A stretch of DNA of 64,000 nucleotides from Takakia lepidozioides (Eukaryota; Plantae; Bryophyta): contig CM060733.1 in assembly GCA_030704615.1 (NCBI GenBank), positions 46,562,001-46,626,000 of the forward strand, written 5' to 3'. Shown piece by piece: positions 1 to 15,400 of the stretch. The notes below the pieces were generated by a model. It ran no database searches and was not told where the DNA came from. It was given only the letters and a program-made list of their open reading frames with translations. The number at the start of each line of letters is the position of its first letter. Position 1 is the first letter of the stretch. Both the position numbers and the translations under genes were made by a program.

Positions 1-418
1 CTTCTTGGAATGCTCCTTGTATAGGTATTTAGGTTTAAAGACCAGAGTTTCCTAGCAGCTGACCTTCACGTGGTGCTCTGGCTTCATGCAGTGTTGTAGG
101 CCTGATTTTCCAGTGCTTTCTTTGTTTGGTATAAAGTACCACTTCATTTCATTCCTTCCTTCCTTCCTCAAAAGAACTCCAAGAACTAAGAGATGCCCAC
201 TAGTTGTGGGATGTGCATTCTAAATACCCCAAAATTGGTTGGATTATCTTTAGTGTAGCTAAATCCATGTGCATGTGATGATCACAGGGAGGAGATGCTG
301 TAGAGATATTGCTCAGGCAAGGTCAGTTTTTGGCAGGGAGCGACAGTGATAGTCAAAGTCTTCAGGTCCATGCTAACAGGCCACAAAAGGGTGGCAGGAG
401 GGAGTTTTGTGAGTGTAC

Positions 419-3400
419 CTTAAATGTCAACGGTATGCCCGAAATTGCTATTGACCCATTGGCAGTCTGAGTTGTTATGATCACAGCGGTGTGCTGTCCG
501 ACTGTAGTATTTGGGCTGGGTAGTATTTGAGCTGAGCACAAGTTGGCTCCAACTGCCACACCTGAAAATTCAGCACCATTCAACATTGGGTTAAGTTGGA
601 AAAAAATTTAGAGATGTATATCAATCATATTGTCCTTGCTAGAGTTACTTTATGGAAATTTTCCTTGTATCTTGATCCACTATCTGTTCCGTGAAAACCA
701 ATCCTCACAGAAGTCTTCCATATGAGGATCAGAAATGCTTGGCAGCTTATCTGCACGTAGTTTGACACTCGGGCAATCCCTCGAGCAGTAGTTGCTTTTG
801 GGCTGCTTCTGGCTTCACGCTGTCTTTTATTCTCTTTCTTGTTTTTTGTTTCCCTTTTGTCCAATAAGCTCTTTGAACTTTCTGCGGAGTTTATCAAGTC
901 CCATTTCATTTCACTTCTTACGGGTGAATAGGTCATGGGTACGGTCTGTGGGAGAGCCACGTTTGTCTAGGAGGAAACCGTCGACGTCATGCCCCAGCAC
1001 CACCTGCCCCATTTGGACAGCTAAAAATGGTGGATGTGGTGGTTCACTTTTGGGCAGTATGCCTTTGGTACATCAGGAATAAATTCAGTACCTTGGCCCG
1101 CCCATTCAAGCTGAACTAGTACCACCACCTTACCCTAAGTACATTCTTCTCCAGTTTTGTTTACATACACAACTTATAAGCTAAGAAATATGTGCATCAG
1201 TCACTGACAGCCTTCAGTAACTTTAGAGAAAACGAAGATTCTACATCAAAATGAAAGGGTTTGCAAACCTAAAATGTGATGAAATCACTACTGAAAATGC
1301 AAAAATCTCCAGAAGTGCCAAAGCGTACCAGTGATGCCGTAAGAGAAAATAAAAGGCGACCCTGAAATGTTGACATTGGAGGAGTCCATAACATACAGAA
1401 GATATTGCCCAGGGTTTTGTAGGCTGAAAGTCACTTGCTGAAATTGATTCGACCCATTTCCAAATGCAGAATAAGTCATATCAGGCGTTGAGACAGGGTT
1501 CCCCAAATTGGTCTTGTCATATACCTGGGCGAAGAAGCTAGGAGCTGTGCTTGTCAACTGTGAGAACATACTCCCTTGTGAGGAATTTCCACCAGTATAC
1601 ACAGGATTTCCACAGGCGTCTCTTTGATCTATCAAAAAGGTAGCCCGGGTGCCAGCCCTAAAGAAGGGCACACCTTCTCGCCAATTCCCTTTGCAATTTG
1701 ATGTGAAGATTGGGCCTAGAAATTCGAACAAAGGACCAATAATCAACCAGGCACATAGCGAGAGATCCTCTAATAGCGCAAACTGTATTTCTGACTATTG
1801 CAATTGCTGAGTACACAGTGATGCTTGAACAGGTTGCACAAAATACCATGGGGGTAAAATGATGGTTTCTTCCCAGTGAAAGTGTGTTGAATGTTTGTCT
1901 TGACCCAGGATGTATTTCAGCCGAAGACCTACAAACAGTGCAAGAACATGGAAGGTGCCTGCAAGGTCTATTGGGTGAGAGGCTCTATACCAAGCTGAGG
2001 TGGTGAAACACCAGCCCTAGCTCACCCGTTCTGCTTTTACCACACAGGATGTGTGTTGATCTTACTTCTTTTCTTGGCTTAAAGTCTGTGATCATCTCTA
2101 ACTGAAAGTTTTCATACTTACATTTCATACTTTCATACTTACTAGGCACTCCTGACAACTGTATCAGCCAATTTGAATCACACTGTACATTTATTTCTTG
2201 ACTTCCCTCGGATCCTGCACCTTTTCTCAGCTGCAAGTAAAAGAACAAAACCAATGATGTTGAAAACATCCAAGACAACAAACCTGGCACAACATTGATT
2301 GAGAACGGACTTCCTGGAATATCCTTGCCCCCAGCTACTACGACAATCCGCATCAGATATGGCACTGGCCATGCCTTGCATGTTGTGAACTTGACCAGCA
2401 ATGTACCAGTCCCATTAATGGACACCATGGGTGCCTGGTCCAATGGTGGGGTGAAGATGATAGAAAAAGTGGAAGGATCAGCTGGAAGTGAGTTGTTGAA
2501 GGCATCAAAACTTTGTATAATGACACTGAAATTGTCACCCGCAGTTCCCCCTTGGAGACCAGAGCCAGTAATTTGAACTCCCGATACAGACAATGGCCCT
2601 GCCAGCAACAGAGTTCAGCTGCTCATGCTTCAATCTCAATGCCCTGCAATGCAAATCCTTGTCACCTCTGCTAGCCCATACAGTTCTAGCTGTTACTAGT
2701 TTTAGTGGTAGCTTGTTTCCAAGGGGTGCTTGGTCTCACCCTAGGACATTAACCAACAAGTTTCGAATGAGGACTGCCTTCCTGCATGTGCACTAAAGAC
2801 ACTGTGGTCAGCAAATTTGATTTAAACAGATAGAACGTCTACGACTAACACATGTCAACTACCACACAGCGACCCCAAGGGTTTCTTGGGTCTTTGCTCT
2901 CTCAAACCGTCCTTCCTTTTCTTATCCTGGTATATCTTCAATTCCAGTTTGCTGCTGAACTTTCTGAGCACTGGCAGCATGAGGGAAGAAGGCCACCGGT
3001 AGTGGCCCATTTATTAGTACGGTGATGAGCAGTAAACTGTTCTGCCGGTACTCACAATCCATCCCCAATGGTCACAAATTTCCTGATTAGTAGATGTGGG
3101 GATCGTAAATCTGGTGCTCAAGACAATGGAAGTTTCAAACACACCAGCTCTACATAGGAAAGCAAACGGAGATCCATTGATGTAGGTTCCATTCGAGTCA
3201 GAAACATTCAACTGGAACTGCCCGCTCTGTGAAGCAATAAATTGGACCTGTTGCTTTGCTGCAGACATCAGATCAGATTGCCATGACATGCCAGACATAT
3301 TCACAGGTGTACCTAAAGCACTTACTGAGAGCACCATTACAGTAAAGTTGAATGGGGGATCTGATTGAACAGGGTTCATGAATGAATCACACTGTGTGAT

Positions 3401-6400
3401 GACAAAAGTTGCGACATCGCCTATTGTAAAACTGTTCACACCATTCAACCAGTTGCCGCTACAGTTGGGTGTGGATATAGGCCCTGCATCAAGTCACTCA
3501 ATACTCAGGTTTGGGACTGGAATATAAAGAAAGAAATGAAATGAAATGAAATGGTACTTTATAACATTCGCGGAAAGCTCAAAGAGCTTATGGAACAAAA
3601 TGGACAAAAACAAGAGAGAGGAAACAAAATCAGAGCCAATAAACAGCCCAAAAGCAACTACTGCTCAAGGGATTGCATAAGGGTGAAGGCCTCGTGCAGG
3701 TAAGCTGCCAAGCATTTCCAATCCTCATAGTGGAAGACTTCAGTGAGAGATTGAGTTCCGCGGAATAGACAGTGGAATCTCCCACGGATCTCATAATATA
3801 GAGGGCATTAAAAGAAGAAGTGTTCTTCAGTTTCAATTTCCTGTTTGCGCTGGTGCAAGCTGGGCATAGGCGGTCCTCCCGTTGCAGGTTTTCCCATCTG
3901 CCAGTCTCTATCCGTAGAAAGAAAGAAAGTGATAATCTAAGAATTGCAAAGGGGACATGGATCCTGAAGCCAGCGCTGTCCTGTAGTTACAGTGCCTCAG
4001 GCAGGTAAGGTATGAAGCAATTCTGGGCTCCATAACTGAGACCTCTGACAAGGAAGAGCAACCTCTCAAATGATAGTTAGTATCGCCCTATGATCTCATG
4101 ATATCCAAATAATGAACTCTAAAATTGCCCAAATCCTGGTGAAGGATGTGGTAAACAAGTCAGATCAGCCATGAGGATATGGGAAAAAATACTCCATACC
4201 CTTTTCTTCCGACTGTTGACAATGACATATCATTGATTTGCACCATACCTGTGAGATATTGTCAGTGGTTGCGTTCCAGCCCACCAGGATGCACAAACTC
4301 AACTCAAACAACTGACTATAATCTGGGTACAGGCAGTTCAGTTATACTGTGCATGCTGGCATCAACCTCAAAGGTATGAAGTTCATTCCAGCACTGCTAC
4401 TGGAGTCCTCTAGATAGACAAACTGAGATAAATGTGGATGGGTGAATGTCAGTCACACTCTCCAACAGTACAGGCCGTAGTCTCTGAATTGAGAGAACAC
4501 TAAGGAATGTAGTACATCACACGAGACCCAGAGGCCTATGGACACATTGGAGCTGCAAAAGAAACTGAAAGAACATGTCAAAAAATGAATCTTGAGTTTC
4601 TCACCTCCATAAACAATTATATAGCAGGCAAGAAAAGCAGGATACTTGCTCATGGAGGCCACTCACCAGGAGAAACAGTAAATGAGAGTGGAGAATTTGA
4701 AATGTTGGTAACACCATTCCCAATTACTAAGTTGTACATGCCTGCCAACGTGGGAGAGAAAGTGATAAATTGGGTTCCAGAACTATTCGTGGACGTCCCA
4801 GTTATATTGACCATGGGAAGTGCTCCTCCCGACATAGGGGTCAGTTGGGTGGAAAAAGTGAAGCTGTTGTTGGAAGGATTATTGTAGGCATCTGTTAGCG
4901 CAACTGCAAGGGTGACATTGGCCCCCGCATAAAATGTTGGAACTGTAGCTGTAATGTTCAGCCAAGAAGCTGTGCATGCTGCCATAGAAACAGAACCTGA
5001 CAGAGGTTCTGAAAATTAGTTGAACCAACAAAGAGCTCCAACAACCAATTTAAGAAAGGAACAATATGGTGACTACTACACAGGTCACAAGAGATTACAT
5101 GTCAATGAACATTTATCTGTTTGTCACTCGACAAGATATTTACCAAAAGTTGAATGCCTAAAAGTTCTGAATCAATGAGTGGAAATCCTGACATTTTTAG
5201 AGAGATGCAGTATCTTGAGGATGCCCCTGAGGGGTTATCCATCCTCATCAGATTCAATATTTCAACATTTGTCTCCATCAGAACTCCAGACATTGGCATC
5301 GCACTCCTGTTTCCCATGCGATTCATACTTAGAGCAGTTCAACTGCATACTAGTATCCTTTGCTATGATACAAATTTTTCCTAGATGTACGTTCATAATA
5401 CTTACCCTGAGCATACCTGGAAGCACAGTAAATTGAAATGGGGAATTGGAGATCGTCATAGAGCCTTGCCCCACGTACATATAGTAGTAGTCAGCGACAA
5501 AGATAGTAAACATGAATTGTAGACTTCCATTGGGATTCATGCTGTATCTAGTAATATTAGTTTGCACAGTCATTCCAGAACTAGATAGAATAGATACGTC
5601 CCACGAAAAATTGGTTGTGCTGCCTCCTGAGGTCGCAGGACTGATTTGGTTTCCATAGGCATCTATTAAGAAAGTGAGAAAATAAGCGGGACTTCCAGCA
5701 CTGGTAGTGTTTACCCCAAGTAACCAGTTCCCAGTGCAATTAGGCACTGAAACATCACCTGAGAAGTATAATTATGCATTTCAGACTTTGCTAAAGAGAG
5801 CAAATGATTTTAGGAGCTCGGTCTTCTGTTTAGTAACCAACCCTTATGAGAGAATCTCCAATGCACGTTGTCATGAATGTCATCCACATCATCTCCTCTT
5901 CACCAGGTTCAGTTCCTTGTGTGCTTAAGGATGTGCTTAACCTCAGCCACTCATACGAGCACAATGGGCAAGTCCTCTTGAAGACTAAACATCATTCACA
6001 GCTTAATGACCAAGCTAACAAACTTTGACCTACTCTTGTTTGTGTGTATGTGCGTGTGCGAGACACCCGACTCAAAAATACAAACAAGATTACAGAGGGT
6101 CAAGCATTGCTTTGAGGCTCAGAGATAGCCAGACATTCTGATAACACACAAGCCGACATGTCACTGTGTGTGGTAAGATGCTAGTATGTCAGTGCAATTC
6201 GCAAACGTATATACCCAGTGCATTTTTTCAGCAACTTCAATTGAATGAATGGTAGCATGCTTACCAGCGAGCACGTTGAAAGGAAAGGGAGACTTTGATA
6301 TGCTGCTCATCCACACCGTAACCTGGAGGTTAAACTGACCGATCAAAGTGGGCGTAAAAACGAGTAACTGCTTCCCAGATAGGGCAGAACTGGATGTGTT

Positions 6401-9400
6401 GGAAACAGGTGTAGGCGGAAGTGTTCGACTATCTCCATAGAGGCCACTCACATTCCCCTGCAAATATGAAGGGGGTGTAAAAATTGTATTGCCATAGCCA
6501 TCCCTCAAAGTCACAACAAGTGTTGCGTCGGTCCCTGCTTTAAATGTGCTCCCATATAGCCACTGTCCATCACATGTCACTGCTGATGCGGGACCTGAAA
6601 AAGAAAGACCCGCCATGTTACTCAAAGGGATCTTTGATTTTGATACTCGATGACCCTAATAACCACTCGCTTTGCATCATATACTTCGCATCTGTTTGTG
6701 TCTGTAAACATGACAAAAGAGTAGAAACCAATGTAGCAGTGCAATAGATCCTTGAAAAAGTTTAGGGGAAGGAGGAACCCGATTATGCGCGGCTGAGGAA
6801 CCTGTAGGAATCTAGATTCTATGAATGAAAACTAATGGAATTGATCCTGAGAATGTACTCATAAGACTTTGTTTGCCAATTCATCCTGAGAGGCAGATGC
6901 AGAGGTGTTCTGGGATAGTAACCTATTTCTATGCAGTAATCTGTCTGCATGCTCGTCCCTCGGGTCCTTCGAACTCCCACTGTGCCAAGAAGATTCTTTC
7001 TCTCTATAAACGTTATAAAGCACCATTTCATTTCATTTCATTTCTCTATGTCTGGCAAGGGCAAAGCTCTGGGGCTCACTAAATTTTTCCACTGCAGAGG
7101 GGTCAACTCGGAGGTTAAGAAAACCATGCTTTGTCGCGTTATCAGACCTGCCTTGGAGTACGGATCTGCTATATGGGTTGATAACTCCAACCAGGCTAAG
7201 TCTCTAGAATCCATTCAAGTGGGGGTGCTTAAGGAGTGTATGTCAGCATGCTCCAAAACAGCCAATGTGGCTGTTCGGGGTGAGTTTGGCATTCCGACCT
7301 TAAGCTCCCGACGAGATGAATTCAAGGTCAGATGGTGGGGTCAGCTGCAACATACGCCCAACACCAGATATCCTAAATTAATCGACTCTATATCTTGGAA
7401 ACAGGACCGCCCTGTCAAACAGGCTAAGTCCTGGCAGAAGAGAGTAGAAGAGATCCTCAAGGACCTGGACCTGGATCCGCAAGTCTTGACCCTGCTGGAT
7501 AAATCTGACTTAGAGGCTGTAGTGTCCTCAGCCATGTCTGTTGCCATGAGATTGTCTGATGAAAATGAAGTTAGGCAGAAAACTTCCCTGAACTTGTTTC
7601 CAGTCTGTGACATGGGGGAGGACATCTTGGATGACCTCAAGGGTCACTCTCGGCACTAGACTGAAATTTAAACTCAGGGCAGGAAGCCTACCTTTGAACA
7701 GCAAACAGAAGCAGAGAGGAAAGGGAGAGTGCAATTGCCCGTTGTGTGGGCAATCTGAAGACAGTATTCATTTTCTGATACACTGTCCGGGGTTCTCTCA
7801 CCAAAGAGACGCTCTCTTCAAATCTATTAAGGGAATTGTGCCTGTACCCCTGTTTACCAACTTTGAAAGTCTCGAGGCTGAGCCAAAAGCCCAGGCCCTC
7901 CTGAGGCCTAGTTTTTGGGCAAATCACACACAGCAGATTGATGCTTGTGTGAAGGGATTTCTAGAGGATATCTGGAAAACCCGGATTAATTCTTTATATG
8001 GAGGTAAGTCTTACTACCAACGTCAGCCCCTGACAGAGCTAGGTTCTGTCCCTTTTGTTCCCGCTCAAACTGGGCGCGGGGTCAATGGCCACAAGGCTAC
8101 GGCAAACAACGTCTTATGAGTACAATCTCTATGTCTGGAACTTCGTCTACGATGGCCATCTGCCCTTTTAAGTTCTTTCTTGATGTTTGTTTTCTTTGTT
8201 GCACTCTTAGCTTTGGGCGAAATGTGATTTGTCTTCCTCCCCCTCTGCATGTGTCTCGCAAAGGAAAGAAAGATGCATCTCCGATTGAAGTTGCATCCGA
8301 CCGAGTAAGTCACCTTACGGAGCCCCGGTGCTATTTGCAGACAAGAAGGATGGGACGCTGCGGATGTGTGTCGATTACATGGCTCTGAATAAGGTGACTA
8401 TCAAAAACCGGTACCCTTTGCCAAGGATCGACGACCTTACAACCGTCTGGCAATTCCAAGAACCTTTGAAAGAATTGTTTGGACAATCTTTCTTCCTTCG
8501 TTCCACAGGGAATTTGATTCACTTCAAATTCTTTAATCCTCCAACCACCATGATCCCACCAGATGCCTGTCACATCTGGTTGTTCATGACTCAGTTCCCC
8601 AGTATGGTCGCCAAATGTCACACGGCTTTTACTCACCCATCCCTTCGCTATCCGAGGGGGAAACTCCAAGATAGAAGAGTTGGATATCTCTAAGCATTCA
8701 GCCCGCGTGAAACAATCAGTCATGACCTGCAACTAGTGAATCATTGTTGGGTTTCCAATTATCAAAGTATCTTTGAAGACTACATGCTGTTTGTTATTTT
8801 ACCCTTCGACTGCTTCAATCCTTCAACTCCTTCAGTTCTTAGAAGCTTTTCTAGTTTTCTCTAGTTGTTCTAGTGCGTCCCATACACCATCTTGGCCTCA
8901 CCCCCTTCTTTGTTCTCTCTGTTTCTTGTGGATGTTATATGTTTCTTTCCTTCCCATTAGCTCTTTGAGGTTCCAGTGGAAGTTCAGTTTCGTTGCTTTT
9001 GGGCTGCTTATGTCTTTTATTCTCTTTCATGTTTCTTGTTTTTTCGTCTCATAAGCTCTTTGAGCTTCCTGCAGACCTTGTAAAGTTCCTTCTCCTTTCA
9101 TTTATTCCATGGAATGCAAGACTGCTAGACGTCTTTACTACATACCAATTCTTCTCCAGAGTCCACTAATCTTGCTCTTAAGCACTATAAGTCCCTCATT
9201 AGATCCAAAAAGAGAGCCTACACTATCAAGTTGCAATCTTCTTTCCTTGCTTAAATCAGATTTTCTCCTCGTTCTTTTTGGTCCCTCCTTAAACCTCATA
9301 GAGACCCTCCCCCAATCACTGACATTCACGTCTGGCATGAGTATGCACAAATTCATCAAGCATGCTGCACCTACTTTAACCCCTTTTATAGCTAACCTCT

Positions 9401-12400
9401 TCAATGAGGTGGTGCAACGGGGCTTTCCCACAGAGTGGACAAAGAGCATCATCCACCCACTCTTCAAGAGCGGTGACAGGCTCGCACCGACCAACTATCG
9501 TACTATCATGGTGTCCTCGGTACTTGCTAAACTATTTGGGGCAGTAGTGGCCATGGAACTGGATGATTGGGCTGAGTCCTCTCGCATTCGTGCTGAGGGA
9601 CAGGCTGGTTTCCGTCGCAACAGATCCACTATTGACCACATCTTCACTCTTCAGGTTATGGTGGAAAGTGCACGCTATGACAAAAGAATGGTCTATGTTT
9701 GCTTCGTGGACTTTCACAAAGCCTTTGATTCAGTTCCTCGGGACCTTCTCTTCCAACGGCTCCATAGAGTGGAAGTCCCTCCAGACATCCTTTGTGCCAT
9801 CTCTTCTATGTATGAGATTGTCACTGGCATGGTCCACGTCGCTGGTGAGTTCTCAGCCGAAGTCCACAGCAACATTGGAGTCAAACAGGGCTGCCTCCTT
9901 TCACCTACCCTGTTCGGGATCTACATTGACGCTTTGGAGAATTACATATCAAAAAACCATGGGGTTGGGGTACCATTGGATGGGGGACCAACGCAATCAG
10001 ATCTCCTCTACGCTGATGATGTTGCCCTTTTCGCACTATCCCCGGTCTTCCTGCAACGCCATCTCAAAATTTTGGAACAGTTCTGCAAAGACTATGGGAT
10101 GCAAGTCAATCTTAGCAAGACCAAGATCATGGTCTTCAATGGCCAGGCTGATCGTAGATTCAGCTTCAACCAGCAAGAAATTGAGATTGTGAAATCATAC
10201 CGATACCTGGGTCTGGTTATCCACTCCCCCAAGTTTCACTTTGCAGCCACTGCCTTGGACAGATTGACTAAAGGTAAGGCGGCCTCCATCCGCCTTCAGG
10301 CCAAATGCAAGCAAATACATCTGCGTCATCCCCCAACCAAAAAGTGGCTGTTTGACACTGTCGTCAGCCCTGCTACCATCTATGGTTGTGAGTTCTGGGC
10401 ACCTGGTGTCCCTGTCTCCTGGTGGGAAAAGAATTTGGAGCCATTACAGTCATCTTTTCTCCAAGCAATGCTTGGCACCAGGAGCACAACTCCATCTCAG
10501 ATCCTAGGGGCAGAGTTCGCATGTGTACCATTGCAATCCGAGGCCCTCTTCCGGCTTACAATCTTTCTCCATAGATTACAGGCCCTTCCACCCAAGGGGC
10601 TCGTGGCAAGGGCCCTCACAACATCTATGAGGCTCAAAGCTGCAGGTTTCAGGAACTCCTGGTATGCTCGAGTGGACAGTTTATTTCAACGTAACGGACT
10701 TTCTACTGCTTTCCTATTACCAATGAACCCAGATGAGGTGGACATCACGTCCAGACATGACCGCAACAGACTCATTAGGAGAGAGCTTATGGAATTACAT
10801 GTCCAGAGAACTTGGAGGCTACCCAATCTCACAACAAAGCTCCACTTCTATCGAGAGACATTCTTGGTGCTCCACGACAATAGAATCTTGAGACCAAATC
10901 ACCTTTCAGCATCCTTATCTCCTTCCCTCCTGAGGACATTGGGGCGGTTCAGGGTGGGTTCCCAAAACCTACGGATAGAGACTGGCAGATGGGAAAACCT
11001 GCAACGGGAGGACCGCCTATGTCCAGCTTGCATAGGGCGCAGCCAGGAAATCGAAACTGAAGCACACTTCTTCTACTGCCCTCTATACTACGAGATCCGT
11101 GGGAGATTCCACTGTTTATTCAGTGGATCCCAAACTCTCACTGATGTCTTCCTCTATGAGGATCAAAAATGCTTGGCAGCCTACCTGCACGAGGCCTTCA
11201 CCCTTCGACATTCGCTAGAACATTAATTGTGGTTTCTGGACTTGTTCCTCTCTCATGTTTCCATTTTGTCCCATAAGCTCTATGAGCTTTCCGCGGACGT
11301 TATAAAGTACCATTTCATTTCATTTCCTTCCTTTCTTTCTTTCTTTCTTTCTAAGTTTCTCTGTTTCCTCCTTCTTGTGCTCCCGATTTGTTTGGCCTTG
11401 GGTTTGTCTCTCGTTTCTCTCTCGCGCGCGCGCGGCATTACGTCGGCGCTGCGCTCACGGGCGTTGGCGCGCTAGCGCCATCTCCACCACTCCATGACGT
11501 CCAAACGCCAAAGGACGGCTGCCGACGAGGTAGACTACCCGTCTCCCTCACGTCGACCTGATTCCCCTCTGCTTCTTCTTCCTGCCCTTGTCTCTCATCA
11601 AGCCTCTCCTTTGCGTCAGTACTCCACAAGGAGTGCTGATGTTCAAACGCTTCGGGACCAAATCTCCATCTTACAAACGAAATGCATCTCGGAGGAGACT
11701 CTGCAGCAAGTGCTCGCTGCCCGTGACAATGACTCGGAGGAGCGGTTGGCTTCCCTAGACAAAGACTGGGAGACGCGGATGGCTTCCCTTAACAAAATTT
11801 GGGAAAAGCACATGGATTCCTTGGACAAAGATTGGCAGAACGCATGACTTCCTTGGACAAAGATTGGCAGAAGTGCATGACAGACAGATACACAGACTTG
11901 GAGAACAATATGCGAGTTCAGGATAACGTTTTGCGGGCCTCTCTTCAGGAGTGCACTAGCAAACTTCAAGGTCTGGCGAAACATCTCAATGACAAATCCA
12001 CACATACGCGTCTTTCAAAACTTGAAGGCGAAGTGAAGACCTTCACAGAGAAGAGCCTCCCAGATCCCCTCTCAGCAAGCATCCATCTGCAGGTGGAATC
12101 CCTTAGCAAAGAGCTGGAAACACACAGAACTGCGACGTCTACAATGGCTCGGGAGCTCCAAGCTCACAAGGCAGAGGCCTCCTCCTGGGCTAATATAGTT
12201 AAGGGGAGCACATCCAACAACAGTCCTCACTCTCTGGAGGAGACAGTCTCGGCTACCTTGCCAGAGGAACAACAACGGGCTTTCAAAGCCCTTAACATCA
12301 GGGTCACTGGGAAGCTAGGGGGCCTTGCTGAGGGGGACCCTCTTGACGCTGCCACCAGCCTTATTCAGCAAAACCTTGCTCTCCCACGGGGCGCGAGTGG

Positions 12401-15400
12401 CATTGAAAGGGCTTGGCGTGCAGGATCTTCAGAGCACAAAGTCCTCTTCATTAGATTCAAGGACAAGGGTGCTCGGGATAGAGTCCTCAGGCAGAGGCCT
12501 CAATTGAGAGGTCAGGGTATGTACCTCAACGATGACTTGACCCTTTGCAATACAACGCCATGCGGGCGCAACTCTTGCAGGTTAAGCAAGCTCGAGCTCA
12601 AGGGCACTATGCCGTGTACCGAGATGGGAGGGTAATTGTCCGGGAGCACGAACGTCGCCCCTCTAGCTCTAAATAGGGGTTGGGGCACCATGAGACCAAC
12701 GCACGCTCACATCTACGCATTGGCTCATGGAACTATAATGGCTCGTTGTGGAGCCACCCTCAAGGGCTTCTAGATATTCTTTCCAAGTGTGATGTTCTTT
12801 TTCTTTTGGAAACTCATGCGTATGAAGGAAAGGACCCCCCTTTATTCTCGGGTATAGCTTTCAGTCAGTGATTCGTCCACGTACAGGTCTCAAAGGATCT
12901 GGAGGTGTGGCTTGTTACTTTGCTGACTGGCTTCTCCCACTTATCTCCTTCCCATACAAAGACCCACTGGCAAGGTACATTTGGTGTCACATCAAAGGCT
13001 ACAACATCCTGCTGGCGGGATGTTATTTTGCTCCGGCCGCATCTCCACACAGCGGCCTACATATTCGAACAGATTCACCATATGTTCCATAGGAAGACGA
13101 TATGGCCCGTCTCCGTACCCCACAAATGGACATTTTCTTGGTTTGAGATTTCAACGCCCGTACAGGATCACTACAGGCCCCCACCTTCGACCACACAGAT
13201 CCTCTACACATCCAACGCTCGCATACGGAATTGGAGAGGCAAAGTGCAAATTCCTCTTGCGAAATCACAAGTTACGGTCACCATCTACTCAAGTTTTGTG
13301 AAACTCAGGGGCTATCCATTTACAATGGAACAACCAACTTCAAATCCTCCAGCCAGTTCACTTGCCACACGTACAAGGGCCAAAGCGTGGTTGACTATCA
13401 CTTGGGGAGCCCCAACAAGCCTGATAGAATAAGCTCCTTTTACATCACGAGGTACCCGGATTCTGATCACTCTTGCCTTTCCTTTGCATTTCCTTCCATC
13501 TCCCTCCCCGTGAGGATCCCCTCTGCGTCTCTTCCCTTACACCCACTTATCCACTTTAATACCCCTTTCTCTCACTTACACGACGCCGAGTATGAAACAT
13601 ACCTAGCGTCAACCCTCCCTTCCATTCTACATCTATCATCTCCTAACGACAAGGCTACACATCTTCCTCAAGCCCTTTGGGACTCAGCCCTGCGATCCTT
13701 TCCCGTCACCCTTCCATCTACCTCCTCACCCTTCTCCACTCGTCGTTACGCACCATTTTATGATGAGGAATGCAAGACTGCTAGACGTCGCATCAAATTT
13801 TTACTACTTGATACCAATTCTTCTCCAGAGTCCACTAATCTTGCTCTTAAGCACTATAAGTCCCTCATTAGATCCAAAAAGCAAGCCTACACTATCAAGT
13901 TGCAATCTTCTTTCCTTGCTAAAATCAGATTTTCTCCTCGATCTTTTTGGTCCCTCCTTAAACCTCATAGAGATCCCCCCCCAATCACTGACATTCATGT
14001 CTGGCATGAGTATGCACAGTCTTTGTACCATTCCCCAACCCAAACTCCTTCTCCTATAACCTCTAAAACCCTTCACTTCTCTCTCTTTACTACAGCCAAT
14101 GTCAGTAAGGCAATCAAGAAGCTGCAAAATGGCAGAGCAGTGGACATTTCAGGACTTCAGAGTGAATTCATCAAGCATGCTGCACCTACTTTAGCCCCTT
14201 TTATAGCTAACCTCTTCAATGAGGTGGTGCAACGGGGCTTTCCAACAGAGTGGACAAAGAGCATCATCCACCCACTTTTTAAGAGCGGTGACAGGCTCGC
14301 ACCGACAAACTATCGTACTATCATGGTGTCCTCATTACTTGCTAAACTGTTTGGGGCAGTAGTGGCCATGGAACTGGATGATTGGGCTGAGTCCTCTCGC
14401 ATTCGTGCTGAGGGACAGGCTGGTTTCTGTCGAAACCGATCCACTATTGACCACATCTTCACTCTTCAAGTTATGGTGGAAAGTGCACGCTATGACAAAA
14501 GAATGGTCTATGTTTGCTTCGTGGACTTTCAAAACGCCTTTGATTCAGTTCCTCGGGACCTTCTCTTCCAACGGCTCCATAGAGTGGAAGTCCCTCCAGA
14601 CATCCTTTGTGCCATCTCTTCTATGTATGAGATTGTCACTGGCATGGTCACGTCGCTGGTGAATTCTCAGCCGAGATCCACAGCAACATTGGAGTCAAAC
14701 AGGGCTGCCCCCTTTCACCTACCCTGTTCGGGATCTACATTGACGCCTTGGAGAATTACATATCAAAAAACCATGGGGTTGGGGTCCCATTGGATGGGGG
14801 ACCAACCCAATCAGATCTCCTCTATGCAGATGATGTTGCCCTTTTGGCACAATCCCCGGTCTTTCTGCAACGCCATCTCAAAATTTTGGAACAGTTCTGC
14901 AGAGACTATGGGATGCAGGTCAATCTTAGCAAGACCAAGATCATGGTCTTCAATGGCCAGGCTGATCGTAGATTCATCTTCAACCAGCAGGAAATTGAGA
15001 TTGTGAAATCATACCGGTACCTAGGTCTGGTTATCCACTCCCCCAAGTTTCACTTTGCAGCCACTGCCTTGGACAGGTTGACTAAAGGTAAGGCGGCCTC
15101 CGTCCGCCTTCAGGCCAAATGCAAGCAAATACATCTGCGGCATCCCCCGACCAAAAAGTGGCTGTTTGACACCGTCGTCAGCCCTGCTACCATCTATGGT
15201 TGTGAGTTCTGGGCACCTGGTGTCCCTGTCTCCTGGTGGGAAAAGAATTTGGAGCCATTACAGTCATCTTTTCTCCAAGCAATGCTTGGCGCCAGGAGCA
15301 CAACTCCATCTCAGATCCTAGGTGCAGAGTTCGCATGTGTACCATTGCAATCCGAGGCCCTCTTCAGGCTTACAATCTTTCTCCATAGATTGCAGGCCCT

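Noticed and set aside
8440-8732. Minus-strand ORF adjoining the gypsy RT fragment
   Set aside because: It may be a coding relic, but I could not assign it to any family.
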